A DNA stretch of 64,000 nucleotides from Dimorphilus gyrociliatus (Eukaryota; Animalia; Annelida): assembly GCA_904063045.1 (NCBI GenBank), contig CAJFCJ010000006.1:186001-250000 (forward strand). Direction: 5' to 3'. Both the position numbers and the translations under genes were made by a program. Below are positions 17,074-29,600 of the stretch, piece after piece (within the stretch, counting starts at the first letter, position 1; each line of letters opens with the position of its first letter). The notes beneath the pieces are model-generated. The model was not told the DNA's origin. It saw only the letters and a program-made list of their open reading frames with translations, and searched no databases.

Positions 17074-19071
17074 ATGAGCGTATTTAAAGCTGTTATAAAA
17101 TCGATAGAAGAAAATGACTCGAAAAAGTTACATAAATTGCTTCAAAGGAAATCGACATTAAATTTACAGGATTTAAATGAGGCACTTCTTTTTGCCGCAT
17201 CTAATGGAAAAGAAGCTTGCATAATAGAATTATTGGACGTGCAAGTTGATCCAAATTCTACCGACTTAAACAACAAAACTGCCTTGCAATTATTATTAGA
17301 AAAAAGTTTTAGTCCTTCTGCCAAGTGCGTTCGCTATCTGATTAGAGCTGGTTGTAACGCACCGTCAGTTTTACAACTGGCCTTACATATTTCATCGAGA
17401 CGGGGATTCTCTGCTTGTGTTCAAACTTTACTGGATAATAGCGCACCCATAGACTGGCCTGATGAAGTTGGCAACACCCCTTTAATTTGCGCTGCTAAGG
17501 AAGGAAGAACAGCCATTGTTGATATTTTGTTAGACGCTGGGTGTGACGCCAACGCAGTGAATAATGAAGGCCAAACCGCTTTACATGTGGCTAGTAAGCG
17601 CGGTCACATAAGTACTGTTAGAGCCTTGTTGGATTTAGCTTCGCCGGATGTTTTGGATGTTCGTTGTGAAACACCTTTTCTTTTGGCGGCTAAATATAGT
17701 CATGCTGCTATCGTCGAAGAATTATTGGCTTCGGGAGTTGATTTGCAAGTGCAAGACAAGCGGATGAAGAGGACACCTATCATGTGGGCTTGTGTTGCAG
17801 ATGATTTAGCTACGATTCAAATCCTTTTATCTTCAAATGTTAATCTGGAATCAAGAGATGTTGATTGGAAGACTGCTTTACTCTTGTCAGCAGAATATGG
17901 TAATGGTACATCGACTAATCTATTACTGCCTGTAACTGATATATCGGCGGTTGATGTTAGAAATGAGGGGGTATTGCACAAAGCCAGTAAAAACAAATAT
18001 TTTAAATTACAACCATATTTCACCAAACTAGTTAAAAGGACGGAAGTAGATGTAAAAGCTGAGGGTGGTAGGTCACCCCTGATGTTCGCTTCTTTTTATT
18101 GCCAAATTGGTAAAATAGAATCTTTAATAGTCGAGGGAGCAAATCCAAACTTAACAGATAGGTATGGGGCCAATTCTCTAATGTATTCAGTTCTCTCTGG
18201 TGGTTACCGAGTTGAAGATGTGGTTAAAATGTTAATTAGGGCTAATTCTAATCTTGATATCCGATCGAATGTTCGAGGCTTAGCAAAAGCGTTGAATTTA
18301 AAAATGAATCTTCCACTTCGAACATTAACTATTGGAGAATTAGCTTTGTTGAGAGAAGAGTATTATGTGATACAATTGCTCTTGACATCTGGTGCTAATG
18401 TATGGAAGATATCTACTGATGATTTAATACATTACAATCCGAACTTAGGTAATGGTTTAAAGTATATTAAGTTGGTTGAGTGGTTTAAAAGAAAAGCTCC
18501 CGAATTAAAGGTACTATGTAGAAAAGTTGTTCTTCAATCATTAAAAAATACAACAATGATAAGAGAACTACCTGTTTCCGAACAAACTAAACGTTTCCTC
18601 AAATATCAAGAGCTTGATTCGGTCGTTTCCTTGGAGGAAAAAGAGAGCGGAAAACAAAATTACATTGTTCAGAAACGTTCTTCGCCACGTGTATCTATTA
18701 ACAAGCCTTTATATGCTTCATCTATTATGAAATTATCCAAGAATAAACACTCAAGACCAGTTAGCATGCTGGAATTTCGATCACCCACAGCTAAACCTCA
18801 AGCACCACTAAGATCGTGGTCAACTTCAGCTGTTCCATCAAAAATGTCAAATCAATCCTCAAAACTGGCCGCAAATTATGTTAGTCCTTATTCAAAGGAA
18901 GTATTAATGAAATCTAAAAACAATCTATCACCGACGACGAAGAGCGTAAAGTTTAATTTACAGGTTCAGGAGGCAGGTGAACGAGAAAGAAGATTTACTA
19001 CTGGATTTGGTAAATATTTGACAAAGACGATTTTCAATCTGACAAAGGCGGTAGGACACGGAAAGAAATAA
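17074..19071 (+). CDS. Ankyrin repeat and SOCS box protein (ASB-like) with basic Ser-rich C-terminal extension
   Basis: Intronless ORF; about 11 ankyrin repeats (GNTPLICAA, GQTALHVAS, RTPIMWAC); SOCS box APELKVLCRKVV..IRELPVSEQTKRFL. Confidence 0.88.
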   Translation: MSVFKAVIKSIEENDSKKLHKLLQRKSTLNLQDLNEALLFAASNGKEACIIELLDVQVDPNSTDLNNKTALQLLLEKSFSPSAKCVRYLIRAGCNAPSVLQLALHISSRRGFSACVQTLLDNSAPIDWPDEVGNTPLICAAKEGRTAIVDILLDAGCDANAVNNEGQTALHVASKRGHISTVRALLDLASPDVLDVRCETPFLLAAKYSHAAIVEELLASGVDLQVQDKRMKRTPIMWACVADDLATIQILLSSNVNLESRDVDWKTALLLSAEYGNGTSTNLLLPVTDISAVDVRNEGVLHKASKNKYFKLQPYFTKLVKRTEVDVKAEGGRSPLMFASFYCQIGKIESLIVEGANPNLTDRYGANSLMYSVLSGGYRVEDVVKMLIRANSNLDIRSNVRGLAKALNLKMNLPLRTLTIGELALLREEYYVIQLLLTSGANVWKISTDDLIHYNPNLGNGLKYIKLVEWFKRKAPELKVLCRKVVLQSLKNTTMIRELPVSEQTKRFLKYQELDSVVSLEEKESGKQNYIVQKRSSPRVSINKPLYASSIMKLSKNKHSRPVSMLEFRSPTAKPQAPLRSWSTSAVPSKMSNQSSKLAANYVSPYSKEVLMKSKNNLSPTTKSVKFNLQVQEAGERERRFTTGFGKYLTKTIFNLTKAVGHGKK

Positions 19072-19850
19072 ATGATTTTGACAGCCTTAATAGCATAAAT
19101 GTTTATTAATAATAGATAAATACATTACGCTGGTTCTTTTTCCATTTAATCAGCGACTATCTCAGCTTTATCAATCAGTGCATTTAAAAGAGAAAAAAAC
19201 TAAAAAAATTTTTTTTTTCGTTCTGTCGCCATCATGTAGTGAGACTATATATATATACTGTATATATATATAGTATATATAGTATTTTTCACTCTGGATA
19301 TTCGCCTTCTGTATTCAGTTCCTGCATCCGAATCGATTTTGGCCAATTATCAGATAACAAGCGGAATAATTCTGGTATATCTATATCTTCTACCCGTCCA
19401 GTCAAACTCTGGAATGATTTACTAAGAATTAATATTAAAAACAAATCCAATTTCATAATTAATCTGCTGGTGAAAGCTTTTTATAGTTTGATGAAAACGC
19501 CTTAAAACCTTACGAACTATGTACTTAATTAAACCCTTAGCCTGTCACGCAATATCGAAATATGACAGGAGTGTATAATCTGTTAAACGCCTAATTGTCC
19601 ATCAATTCAGTTGAAAAATACAATACAGCTAGAGCAGATATAAAACAAACGCAGAGTAAAAAAACGATAGAAGCGTTCCTCTTACCATATTTAGCAAACT
19701 TTAAAAATATTTATACAGTATAATATATTTTTATCACCACTTGTGAGTGAATGGTTTGTTGAATCAAAGAAAATGTATAATAAATAATATCATATTTGAT
19801 TCTACTAGTCAAACAAAAGGGTGCTTAATTAAAAGAAATTCGTTATGTGT

Positions 19851-20246
19851 CTACTTTGCTGCTGATTTGTAAATACTTGCCAAATCCCTGCCACAAAATT
19901 TACCAATTCCATTTATGTATACTGGCTCAAGTCCCCCGCAGCAAAACTGCTCTGGTTTACAAAATAATTCAACATGCTTTACTCCAAAATTGTCATGATG
20001 TTCTCTAGAAAAAAATCCTTTTTGGCAGCAAGAAGATATTTTATTAGCCAAGGGTTGAAAGTGTGTTTTGAAGTTTTCTCTTCCAGGTCCTCCTCTTGGT
20101 AAGATATAAGGACCCCATGGTAGTCGAAACTTTAGATTGAAGACATTTCAATTAAAAATCGATTACTTGTTTAAAATACTTACAGCCATCGACGTAGCAC
20201 TAAACATTGCAGAAAGAGTTACAAGTTGAAACGCTGCCGTCATCAT
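19851..20246 (-). CDS. Small secreted 6-Cys orphan protein (113 aa)
   Basis: Exons 20246-20184 (signal-like MMTAAFQLVTLSAMFSATSMA, GTAAGT donor) and 20129-19851 in phase 0; Cys pattern CC..C..CC..C. Confidence 0.65.
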
Positions 20247-20275
20247 TTGCCTTCAAGTGAGCTTCCTCACAACCC

Positions 20276-20287
20276 CAGCGCCATCTA
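20276..20287 (-). promoter_or_regulatory. CTCF-like motif TAGATGGCGCTG upstream of the small secreted gene
   Basis: 30 nt upstream of ATG 20246, between it and the MRPL47 3' end. Confidence 0.4.
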
Positions 20288-20418
20288 TATTTTCCTAATT
20301 CGACGAGTAAAAATGAAAAGCGAGAAAAAAACTCGTATTTAAAGAAAACTCGATTTAGAAGTGACATGACTTTTAATATTAAATTTTATTGTATGAATTT
20401 CAAATTATAAACAGTCTA

Positions 20419-21465
20419 TTATCCTTCTAAGTCTGATTGTGAAGGAAATCTTTTACGAATATCTTCTTTCTTTTTTTCTTTCAATTTTTTCTCCCTATAT
20501 GCTTTTTTAAATTTTCTCTCTTTAAGTAGTCTAATCAAAGGGGCAGACCAATGCTTTTCCAATCTCCATCGACGCAAATGTAAAGGCCTATAATTTTCTA
20601 CTTTATATCTCCAATCCACTATTCCTAATTCATTAGGATAACAGCGTTTTCCAGGATCACCTATATAGTAGTATAATGCATTATTAATACTGATACAATA
20701 TCAGAAATCCCAACCTGTCTCCCCAGTATTCAAGACATTTACAGCTCTGTCTCTTTCACGAATAACCGTAAGTAGATTTTCCATACTTTCTTCTACCTAT
20801 ACAGGAAGTTATTTTAATGATTAATATAATAAATATATTTATATTCATTAAAAATATTACTTTTTCTTGTCTTTCCGGAGCAGGCATAAGGTTAGCTGTT
20901 CTTTTATATTCCTCTGCCATCGTCATAATCATATTCCTTTCTTTCAAAAGTATGTACCTTTAATTAGAAATATATATATATATTACAAATTTATGAGTAA
21001 TATACTTCAAAAGTGGTGTTGTTTACCATAATTTGTGTAAATCTTCATTACTCTTTAATCTGAGTTCATCTTCTAACCATGGTCTGCCTTTCAATTATAA
21101 GAAATTAGGCCTTTGTATTCAATCGAAGCAAAATATTAATTTGACAACTTACCCACTTTGATTGTCGACTCATTCCAATTTTCTTTCGCATCAAAGAATT
21201 CATCTAAACCGGGAGGAGATTTTGCCTTTTCTAAAGCTTGGGAACTTGTAGAAAAGTACACCGAATTGTTCCTATATTATCGTTACGTTTAAAGCTTTTT
21301 GTAAAAATTATTCTTTAGGACAAACCTTAAATATGTTTTGTTTACAAATGTTCGAACTTTTGGTGAACTATTAATTATATGCGACGAAAATATTGTAAAA
21401 TTATTGACAATACGACTTGAAAATGACGAAAGAACAGTTTTCGCGCACTTCATGGAAGCCGCCAT
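20419..21465 (-). CDS. MRPL47: Mitochondrial ribosomal protein L47 (uL29m)
   Basis: Mito-targeting-like N-terminus; GLDEFFD..NW....KVG|RPW..ELRLKSNEDLHKLW|YILLKERNM..ERQEK|VEESMENL. Confidence 0.93.
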
Positions 21466-21666
21466 CTTTATTTATAACGTGAAAGTACGATAGTTCGAGT
21501 CTCGTAAAAATTTATAAAACAAGTTTCATATAATTATAATTTTTACTATTATAAACTAAATATTTATAAAATTATTTACGAAAATACTTAAAATCGAGAT
21601 ATTCTTCACGTGTGTTTTTGCATCAGCCGGCGAGGTCAAAAACTTTTCCCTCTGTTTAGCGTCAGA

Positions 21667-23225
21667 ATGGATCCAAAAAAGATGAATGAATTTGCTGGAA
21701 GGGTAAGGGCAGGTGGAAAGGGTGCAGGAATTGGTTTAGGCTTTCTAGCAGCCGCTGGAGGTCTTGCCTATACTTTATATCAATCAATGTACACAGGTTA
21801 GCTTAAGATATTATGGCCTTGTTCGTATTATGTTTTATTGCAACGTGCTTAAATGTTTTCAGTCGAAGGTGGTCATCGAGCCATTATTTTCAGCCGTCTT
21901 GGTGGTATTCAGAAGGATATCTATACCGAAGGTCTTCACTTTAGGTAAGTTAATCCATTTGCAGATAGTTTTCAAAGTCACGTAACAAAAAATTTTAGAA
22001 TTCCCTGGTTCCAATATCCAATAATATACGACATCCGAACAAGACCAAAGAAGATTTCTTCTCCTACTGGCAGCAAAGGTAATACTAATTAACAATTTTA
22101 AATACCCTTATCTGATGTAACGCCTCGCAACAGATTTGCAAATCGTCAATATAAGTCTGCGTGTCCTCTCTCGTCCGGATGCAGCATTTTTACCCCAAAT
22201 GTACAGACAACTGGGTATTGACTTTGACGAAAGAGTATTGCCGTCAATTTGTAATGAAGTATGTTTAAAAAATTGTTCAATTAATAGCCACGGCGTTGAA
22301 TTATTGGATTTTTTTAAATTTCCTAGGTTCTTAAAAGTGTCGTAGCAAAATTTAATGCTTCCCAATTGATCACTCAGAGACAACAGGTAAAATTTGAAAG
22401 AACAATGGCTTATGTTTTGTTAATTTGAAAATAATATGAAAACAGGTTTCTCTAATGGTCAGGCGCGAATTGACTGAGCGTGCCAAAGATTTTAATATTA
22501 TTATGGATGACGTTGCCATTACGGAATTAGCTTTCAGCAGAGAATATGCTGGAGCTGTTGAAGCCAAGCAGATCGCTCAGCAAGAAGCTCAAAGAGCTCA
22601 ATATGTCGTTGAGATGGCTAAACAAGAACGACAGCAGAAAATCGTTCAAGCTGAGGGTGAAGCTCAGGCAGCATTGATGGTAAATTGCTTTTGTTACTAT
22701 TTTACCCATTAATTTTCCTTATCTGATGATAAAAAGGCGAAGTTGATTAGAAGGCAATTCGGAACAAGTCTGTTCCAAACTATTGTGTTGAATGTTGGTA
22801 GAACTTTTCGAGAGAAAGGCTTTTACTGTAAGGCGGCACATAGAATAAACCACAGTCATTTGGCTCGCTTTTTATAGTTTGAAAGGGTGCTTTGACAAAG
22901 TGATACACTTTTTAAAAATAATGCTTTCTTCAATGATATTAATTTTAGTAATCTGATTCAATCTTCCTCTTGTTATTACGAAATACTTACGGTTAATTGA
23001 AATTAATTCTCATATTTTTTAAAACAGATTGGTGAAGCCATATCGCAAAATCCTGGATATTTGAAGTTGAGAAAAATCCGAGCATCACAAAATATTGCCA
23101 GAACAATTGCGCAATCAAAGAATCGTGTATATTTGAACGCACAAAGTCTAATGTTAAATGTTGGAGAAAAAGATTTTGACGAACAAGTGGATTCTTTAAC
23201 AGCTAAGAAGAAGAGTCGTTATTAA
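21667..23225 (+). CDS. PHB2: Prohibitin-2
   Basis: [61 protein letters not shown]; several short introns. Confidence 0.97.
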
Positions 23226-23408
23226 TTATTTGTTCGTGTTATGAATAGATATGTCACTGTCATAATTGACTAAATAAAAAAACATATTTAATAATTAAAT
23301 ATATTGACACAACGAATCAATATTAATAAATGAACAATGCGTACTTTACTTATTGTAATAATACCAGCGGGTCTCTATTGACGAGATTATTTACCGAATT
23401 ATATATCA

Positions 23409-23420
23409 CCACTAGATGGC
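23409..23420 (+). promoter_or_regulatory. CTCF-like core motif CCACTAGATGGC
   Basis: Matches consensus CCASYAGRKGGC; between PHB2 3' end and the PAC-like gene start. Confidence 0.5.
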
Positions 23421-23622
23421 TTATTCAACTTAATGCACTATTGTACGAAAGTTGTCTATTATTGATGTTATTTGAATTTATAAATTGAAAATTTTGTATA
23501 TTTGGATCTTGGGATTCAGAGATTACGTCAACAATAACAAATACACTTTCGACGGAGATCTACAACTAAATTTTTAATTTCATATTAAATTCACTTTATA
23601 TCGCTCAGAAACTCGCGCGGTC

Positions 23623-24658
23623 ATGCAGGAACGACTTGATGTAGAACCGTTGTCCTCGGAGGCTGGTGAACTTGTCTTTAAACGTCATGTTTATATTTCT
23701 TATAACGATATATCTGGTGCAGGAAGGTAAAGAGTAACAATTGAAATATGACTGTAATTTGTTATCGTTCTTTCATCCATACAGCCGAGCACTCTTAGGA
23801 ATTGACATGAAAGTAGATAGCTACGATTTATCGGTTATCGAATTAAAGAACATGAAACCAGCAACAGTCGAGGGACAGTTAAAATGTCAATTCGATATTC
23901 TCCCTTTACAAGTACTTAATTGCAAATATGAGGAGGTATATCTGAGAGGATACTAATAAAATTCAAAACTTATTCTCTTGTCTGTTTTTTTAGTTCACAC
24001 TTATTATCATAAACACTGTCTTACCCTCTGATAAAGTTCAATTTGTGGCAAACAAAATTTTTGATTACTGCGTCGAAGGGTAAAATAATCGATTATGTGT
24101 TGGAAGGCTTAAACTGACGTTTTTTATTTGTTAAATCGAACAGAAAAGTTGAGAAAATAGTCTTGCTAAATGTTCAACATTTGGATTTAAGTGAAAAGGC
24201 CAGGAGAGATATGTATGAGAATTGTTTCAGAGGAGCCAATACTAGTGAGTTTATTTTACTGGAGAATAATTACATTTGAAATTAAATACTACTCCATAGT
24301 GACCGGAATGAAACCTATGCCTATGAATACTCCTATATACGATCAATTCCTTAGTACTTTCCTACAAATGACATCCATTGAAAATATTCCTACTGTACTG
24401 TTAACGATACCAGGTTTCAAAGCCTATCCTGGTGGCTGTGCGTGTGATGAGGACGGTTCAAAACACGCCATTTCTCTTTTCCAAGAGACTATTACGAAGT
24501 GTACTAGTCTCAAATTCAATTTGAAGTTATCCTGTTCTCTGGTAAAATTTCTGTTTGTTTCACCCAATTATTGTATAATGAATTTTATTTGACCATTTAA
24601 GATCTACAAGGAACGAAATGATCCAGACGGTAACCTGGCAGAAATGATGTACGCTTAA
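23623..24658 (+). CDS. Divergent proteasome assembly chaperone PAC1/PAC2-fold-like protein ending in HbYX (..MMYA)
   Basis: Six exons 23623-23726, 23785-23935, 23994-24079, 24144-24244, 24300-24541, 24602-24658, all phase-consistent, 246 aa. Gene existence is well supported; family call is inference. Confidence 0.6.
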
Positions 24659-24748
24659 GAAAACAACTACTTTAAATATCCAAGTTATTTATTTTTTAAA
24701 AGAGTTTAAATGTTTGCGACGATTAATACATGTTGAAAAACTGCTCTC

Positions 24749-26555
24749 CTAATCTCTTTTATTGTTAATCGTTTCGAGTGTTTCGTATATAGCTTTTTCT
24801 ACTTTTTTATACCTTGGGTCTTCTCCAAATGCATATATTTTGCAATCATTATTTAAAAAAGCCCAGCCTAAATTAGCCTTTGGGTCAGCATAAACCATTT
24901 GACCTCCTGCTCCCGGTGTTCCAAATATGTAATTTCCCTATTAAAAAAGGAACTGTAACATTTCACCCTAACTTAAACTATACAAGTTTGCTCACTTGTG
25001 GTGATTTTAATAGCTTGGTTCCTAATCCCATTGTTTGTTGGAAGAAAACGCATTGATCCTCCCCGCTAACTTCTGGTATATTCAATTTATTGATGATATT
25101 TGCTGAAATTATTTTCTTGCCATTCCACATTCCCCCGTTTGCCAATATTCCAAAAAGTTTAGCAGCAGATGTCGCAGTTCCGTAACCGTGTGTTGATGGA
25201 TTCGGCGTAGAGGCAAAAGTTGGATTATTGACAAGATTATCCTTTAATGGGAAAATTTTCATTAAGTCCTACCAAATATTATTGTCAAATATTACAAACA
25301 TCCTCATATTCCTTTGGGTTGATAATCGCTTTATAGGCCCAATGATCTTGATTAGTGATATATATGTAAATAAATTTCCAGTAATGGGAAACCTTGAATA
25401 AATCAAGATTGAACAATCGTATTTTCCCCATCTTTGCCACTCTATAGTATTCCTTATTAGGAAGTCCTATACCCGCATCCAATTCTGGTGGACAATAAAT
25501 TTATCTATATAAAAGTAAATGCAAATAAGTTCTATACCGAGGGGAAGGGCAATTTCATCATGAAAAAACTCTGCTAAATTACGATGATCTGGATCCACCC
25601 TCCTCACTATTTGATCTAAATATAACCCAAGAGTGATTCCGTGATAACCAAATTTACTTCCAGGATTCCATTGTGGTTTTTGCTTAGCAAGTATATCGCC
25701 CACCTTTCCTGGTCGTTCAATTATATCGTAAATAGAGAATAATTCATCTATGGCAGCCAATCCAGCCTGAAGCAAAAGCTCATATTAACAGTTACCGGTT
25801 TCAAATAAACTCCTGAGTCACCTGATGACTGATTAACTGCCTCAATGTGATTTGATCTTTTCCATTTTGCGCAAATTCGGGCCAATATTTTGCGACACGT
25901 TCATCATAGTTTAATAGGCCTCTAATCAGCAATATACAAGAAGTTAGAAATAGTAATTAACCCATCATGTGACTTGCAACTTAATACCTATCTACTAGAA
26001 ATGCAATTGTTACAGCAGCAAAAGCTTTAGTGGAGGAGAATAGACGACCTAAAGTTTGTTTTTTCCATTCTACCCTATTTTCTTCATCTAAAAAGTATTT
26101 AAATGCTAATAGAAATACTGCAGCATTTGATTGAGCTTACCGGCGTAACCTCCATAAACTTCAACTACAAGCTCCCCTTGGTGATATAGAGCAAAGCTTC
26201 CCCCGCGCAATTCACCAGACTTTAATAATTCTCTGAAACATAATGTAATCAATAATTGCATACACATCTGGAAATAAGCGTTTCATTTTCTCTCTATCTA
26301 ACAAGCGCTTGTTTTATGTGGGGGTTTTTTTTATAATATTTAAAGTCTCGAGGGGGAGTTCTATGACAAAATACAATTGAAAGTTCGAAATAAAAGAATA
26401 CAATGAATTTGATACCCGAATACATTTGAAACCCTTTTCCATTTAGGTGAAGAAAAACCTTCTCCCACTAACGGTACCGTATTGGTTGTCCAGAACCGAA
26501 AGAAAAAGAAGGATATGCATAGAACAATAAAGCTTATAACGTATACATAGGGCAT
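24749..26555 (-). CDS. Beta-lactamase-fold serine hydrolase (lact-2/beta-lactamase domain-containing protein-like)
   Basis: N-terminal hydrophobic anchor, GELRGGSFAL, SxxK motif FSSTK, W.PGSKFGYHGITLG, FGTPGAGGQMVYADP. Confidence 0.9.
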
Positions 26556-26641
26556 CTTCTATACCCACGCCGATGCTCAACTTTCCGAATATGCCCAGCG
26601 CCAACTACAGTTGATCGAAGTAACTACAAGCCTAAACAAAG

Positions 26642-29600
26642 ATGGCGAACGAAGGAGAAAACTACGCCAAATTAAAATATTTTACTTTTCCGCTCGAGTT
26701 TGATCCAAAGTAAATTAATTTCAAAATAATGTTATTATTTAGTAATAAATCATTATAATTGATGTTATAGAAATTTTCCAAATGATAAAATTTGTGTTGT
26801 ATCGGTACTTGGTAAAAGTAAGAACGGAGTGGTTAACAGTAAAGCAATGTGTCTTCAGGAATTACTTAATCGTTGCAATGAAGGGGTTTGTGTAATCTAT
26901 AAAATACAACTAGTTAATGAACTGACAACCCTAAATATTGTTTAATCAGTTGACATCTACACGTCTCGACTCATCTTTTAAGGTTGGTATTACATAGTGT
27001 TATTAAAGTTTCAGTATTAATTTACATTACTATAAATAGAGTCAAATATCTGCATTTTTCGATGAAAAATCAAATGTTATGTATGTGCATTTGCACTCTC
27101 CATTGGACGCTGATAAATTACAACTGATACTAAAGGATAATAAAGAAATGGTAAGTATTATGTTGGCACTTTAAGAGGTTTTAATTACGTAATTCATTAA
27201 CGGGTGAATCGTTCCATCAAAGACTATTCGCGGTGATAGGCTGTAATTATTTTGTCGCAATTAGAAAGGTTGTTGCCAGACAGTGAAAGTATTAACTCAG
27301 TTTGATTTCATGTCGAGGCTGTTTAAGACTGGTAGCGCAGTCTGTGGTCTGTATTTCAGTCAGAAAGGTCCTGCGGTAAAAACATTACTAACATGGCGCC
27401 ATTTCATCGTAACAAAAGAAAAGCGTCACGTAACAAGCAAGATTTCAAATGGGACTTGAAGTTAGATCCCGATCTTATCAAATGGTTTGGAGCAGATGAA
27501 GAATTGGAGAAGATCAAACGGGCGAGAAAATTGAGCAAAAGTAAACAGAATATCGCTATGAATCTTCATCTTCCACTCGGTGTTCAAAATAGACCATATT
27601 CAATGACGATTGCTTATTCGGAACTTAATAATGTGCTAATCGATGGTAAGGAGGTAACTTTGGAAACATCTAATAGAGGAAATAGCAATGATATTGACAG
27701 TATTTACGATGAAAATTTGAAACCTTCGAATATTCCCAATGATGAAACAACTCTATTTTGTCCGCTTCTAAAAGAGCTAATGAAAAGTGAAAAGATTAGC
27801 GAATTAGTGTCAAAGTGTAAGGAGGATATAACAAGATACGAAAGCTTGTTAATCAGTTTGAATAAAGATATACGAACATTAGAATTAGAACTTCGAACAA
27901 CTAATATAACAAAAATGACAAGTCAAGCGTCGAAACTTTTACATTTGTCAAATACTCGTTTGTCATTTGTTTCAAAAGTTCGTCTCCACTATATATGGCC
28001 AATGTTAGATTGGCTTCGTTTAAAATCACCCGAAAACTATGAAACTATTCACAATTATGCTTTTGAATTTTTTAAGTAAAAATACTATTAAAAATATCTT
28101 TTTTAATTGAAATACTTTTTATAGCCGTTTGTCAAAATATGGGAAAAGGCGGAATATGAATTTTCTAAGGCCGCATTATGGTTGTTTTCTATTAGTCATA
28201 TACTTTTAGTAAGTTCTTTGTTCGACATTTTTTTTGGATGAACAGTTTTATAATGTTTTGAATACAGCTTACACAAGCGGCTTCAACGTTTGATATGTCT
28301 TACGTAAGAACTTTTCGGATTGTCGACTCTTTAAGGTGTGAATTAATTGTTAAGAATTTATACTTTTAAAAGAATCAAATAATCACTTTATACAATTGTA
28401 CTTAAATCCTTTTTTTATTATCTAAAATCTGTTTTATTCTCTTTTTGAACGTTAATAAATTTGTTAAAATAAATACAGGAGAAAATTGGGGTCAATAGTA
28501 TCAGACGAATTGAGTTCAAAGGATATTAGCAAAGAATGGGCAAGTTCTGGTAGACTTTGTTCTCCTCGTGTTTTATTTACATTCGAAACTTGCAACATCG
28601 ACCAATCGAATTGGGATATAAACAAGGCTAGACACGTACGTCAACACCTAGTTTTAACTCCTAAAGCTTTTTTATCCTTTTCTAAATATGTAGAAAGTTC
28701 CACCCTTGACACGACTTCAGCATAAAATGGAGGATTATATTTATGGACTACTTAGAAAATCTCGAGTTATAACGGACATCAGCTCAAACTCTTTATTCGC
28801 TGTGCCTATCAATCAAGAATTCGTTTATATTCACGAATACGGCGTAAAAGAGTCACCGCTTACAAATCTATCAAACCGTAGGCAGTCCTCTAGGAAAAAA
28901 TCTCAGAATTCATTTGCGTCAGAGATCAGCAGTGATGAGAATTGTATTCACAAGAGTTTAGCGGATTTCGTAACAGAGCACGTCCACGTAGCTTCAACAA
29001 CTGGTTTTAATGATAATGCTAGGAAGTATCAGGGAAATAGCTACTTTGAACTACCAGAATGTTCAAAGTGGCTTGAGATAAGCCAGTTATTGTACAATAT
29101 TTTTATCAATGAAGAGGTAGCCAATATGCATAAAAACTATTTTGAAATAGAGATGAGAAAACCCCTCTCTATGTTTAGTTCATTTAGTAAAAATAATTGC
29201 GAAAGTGCTTATCCGTCGGCCGTAAATATTTATAAAGAAAAGCTACCCAAATACTACACAAAGCAAACACATGAGAGCAAACTAAATACTGCTATAGAAT
29301 ATATGAAGAAGACATGTCGTGGACCGGAACTAAACACTTTCTTACAGTAATTAAATTAAACTCAATGAAAAGAAATAAATTTTGTTTGTATTTGTTTTTT
29401 TTATTAGACGTTTAACTGACGAATGTACTGGTATGTGGCAAAAGGAAAGGAGGCTTTGCGAAGCCGTGAGTATTAGTGGAAGAGCGTGCAATAAGAAAGC
29501 TCATAGAAGCCCTGCAGATAAGATAACGGAAGAAAACAAACAATGGCCTGTTTCGGATCATTCAAACGATGTTCATACAAGAGCTTTTTGTAATTGTGGT

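Noticed and set aside
19851-21465. Operon of MRPL47 plus the downstream secreted gene
   Set aside because: Short spacing only; own promoter-like motif present and no trans-splicing evidence.
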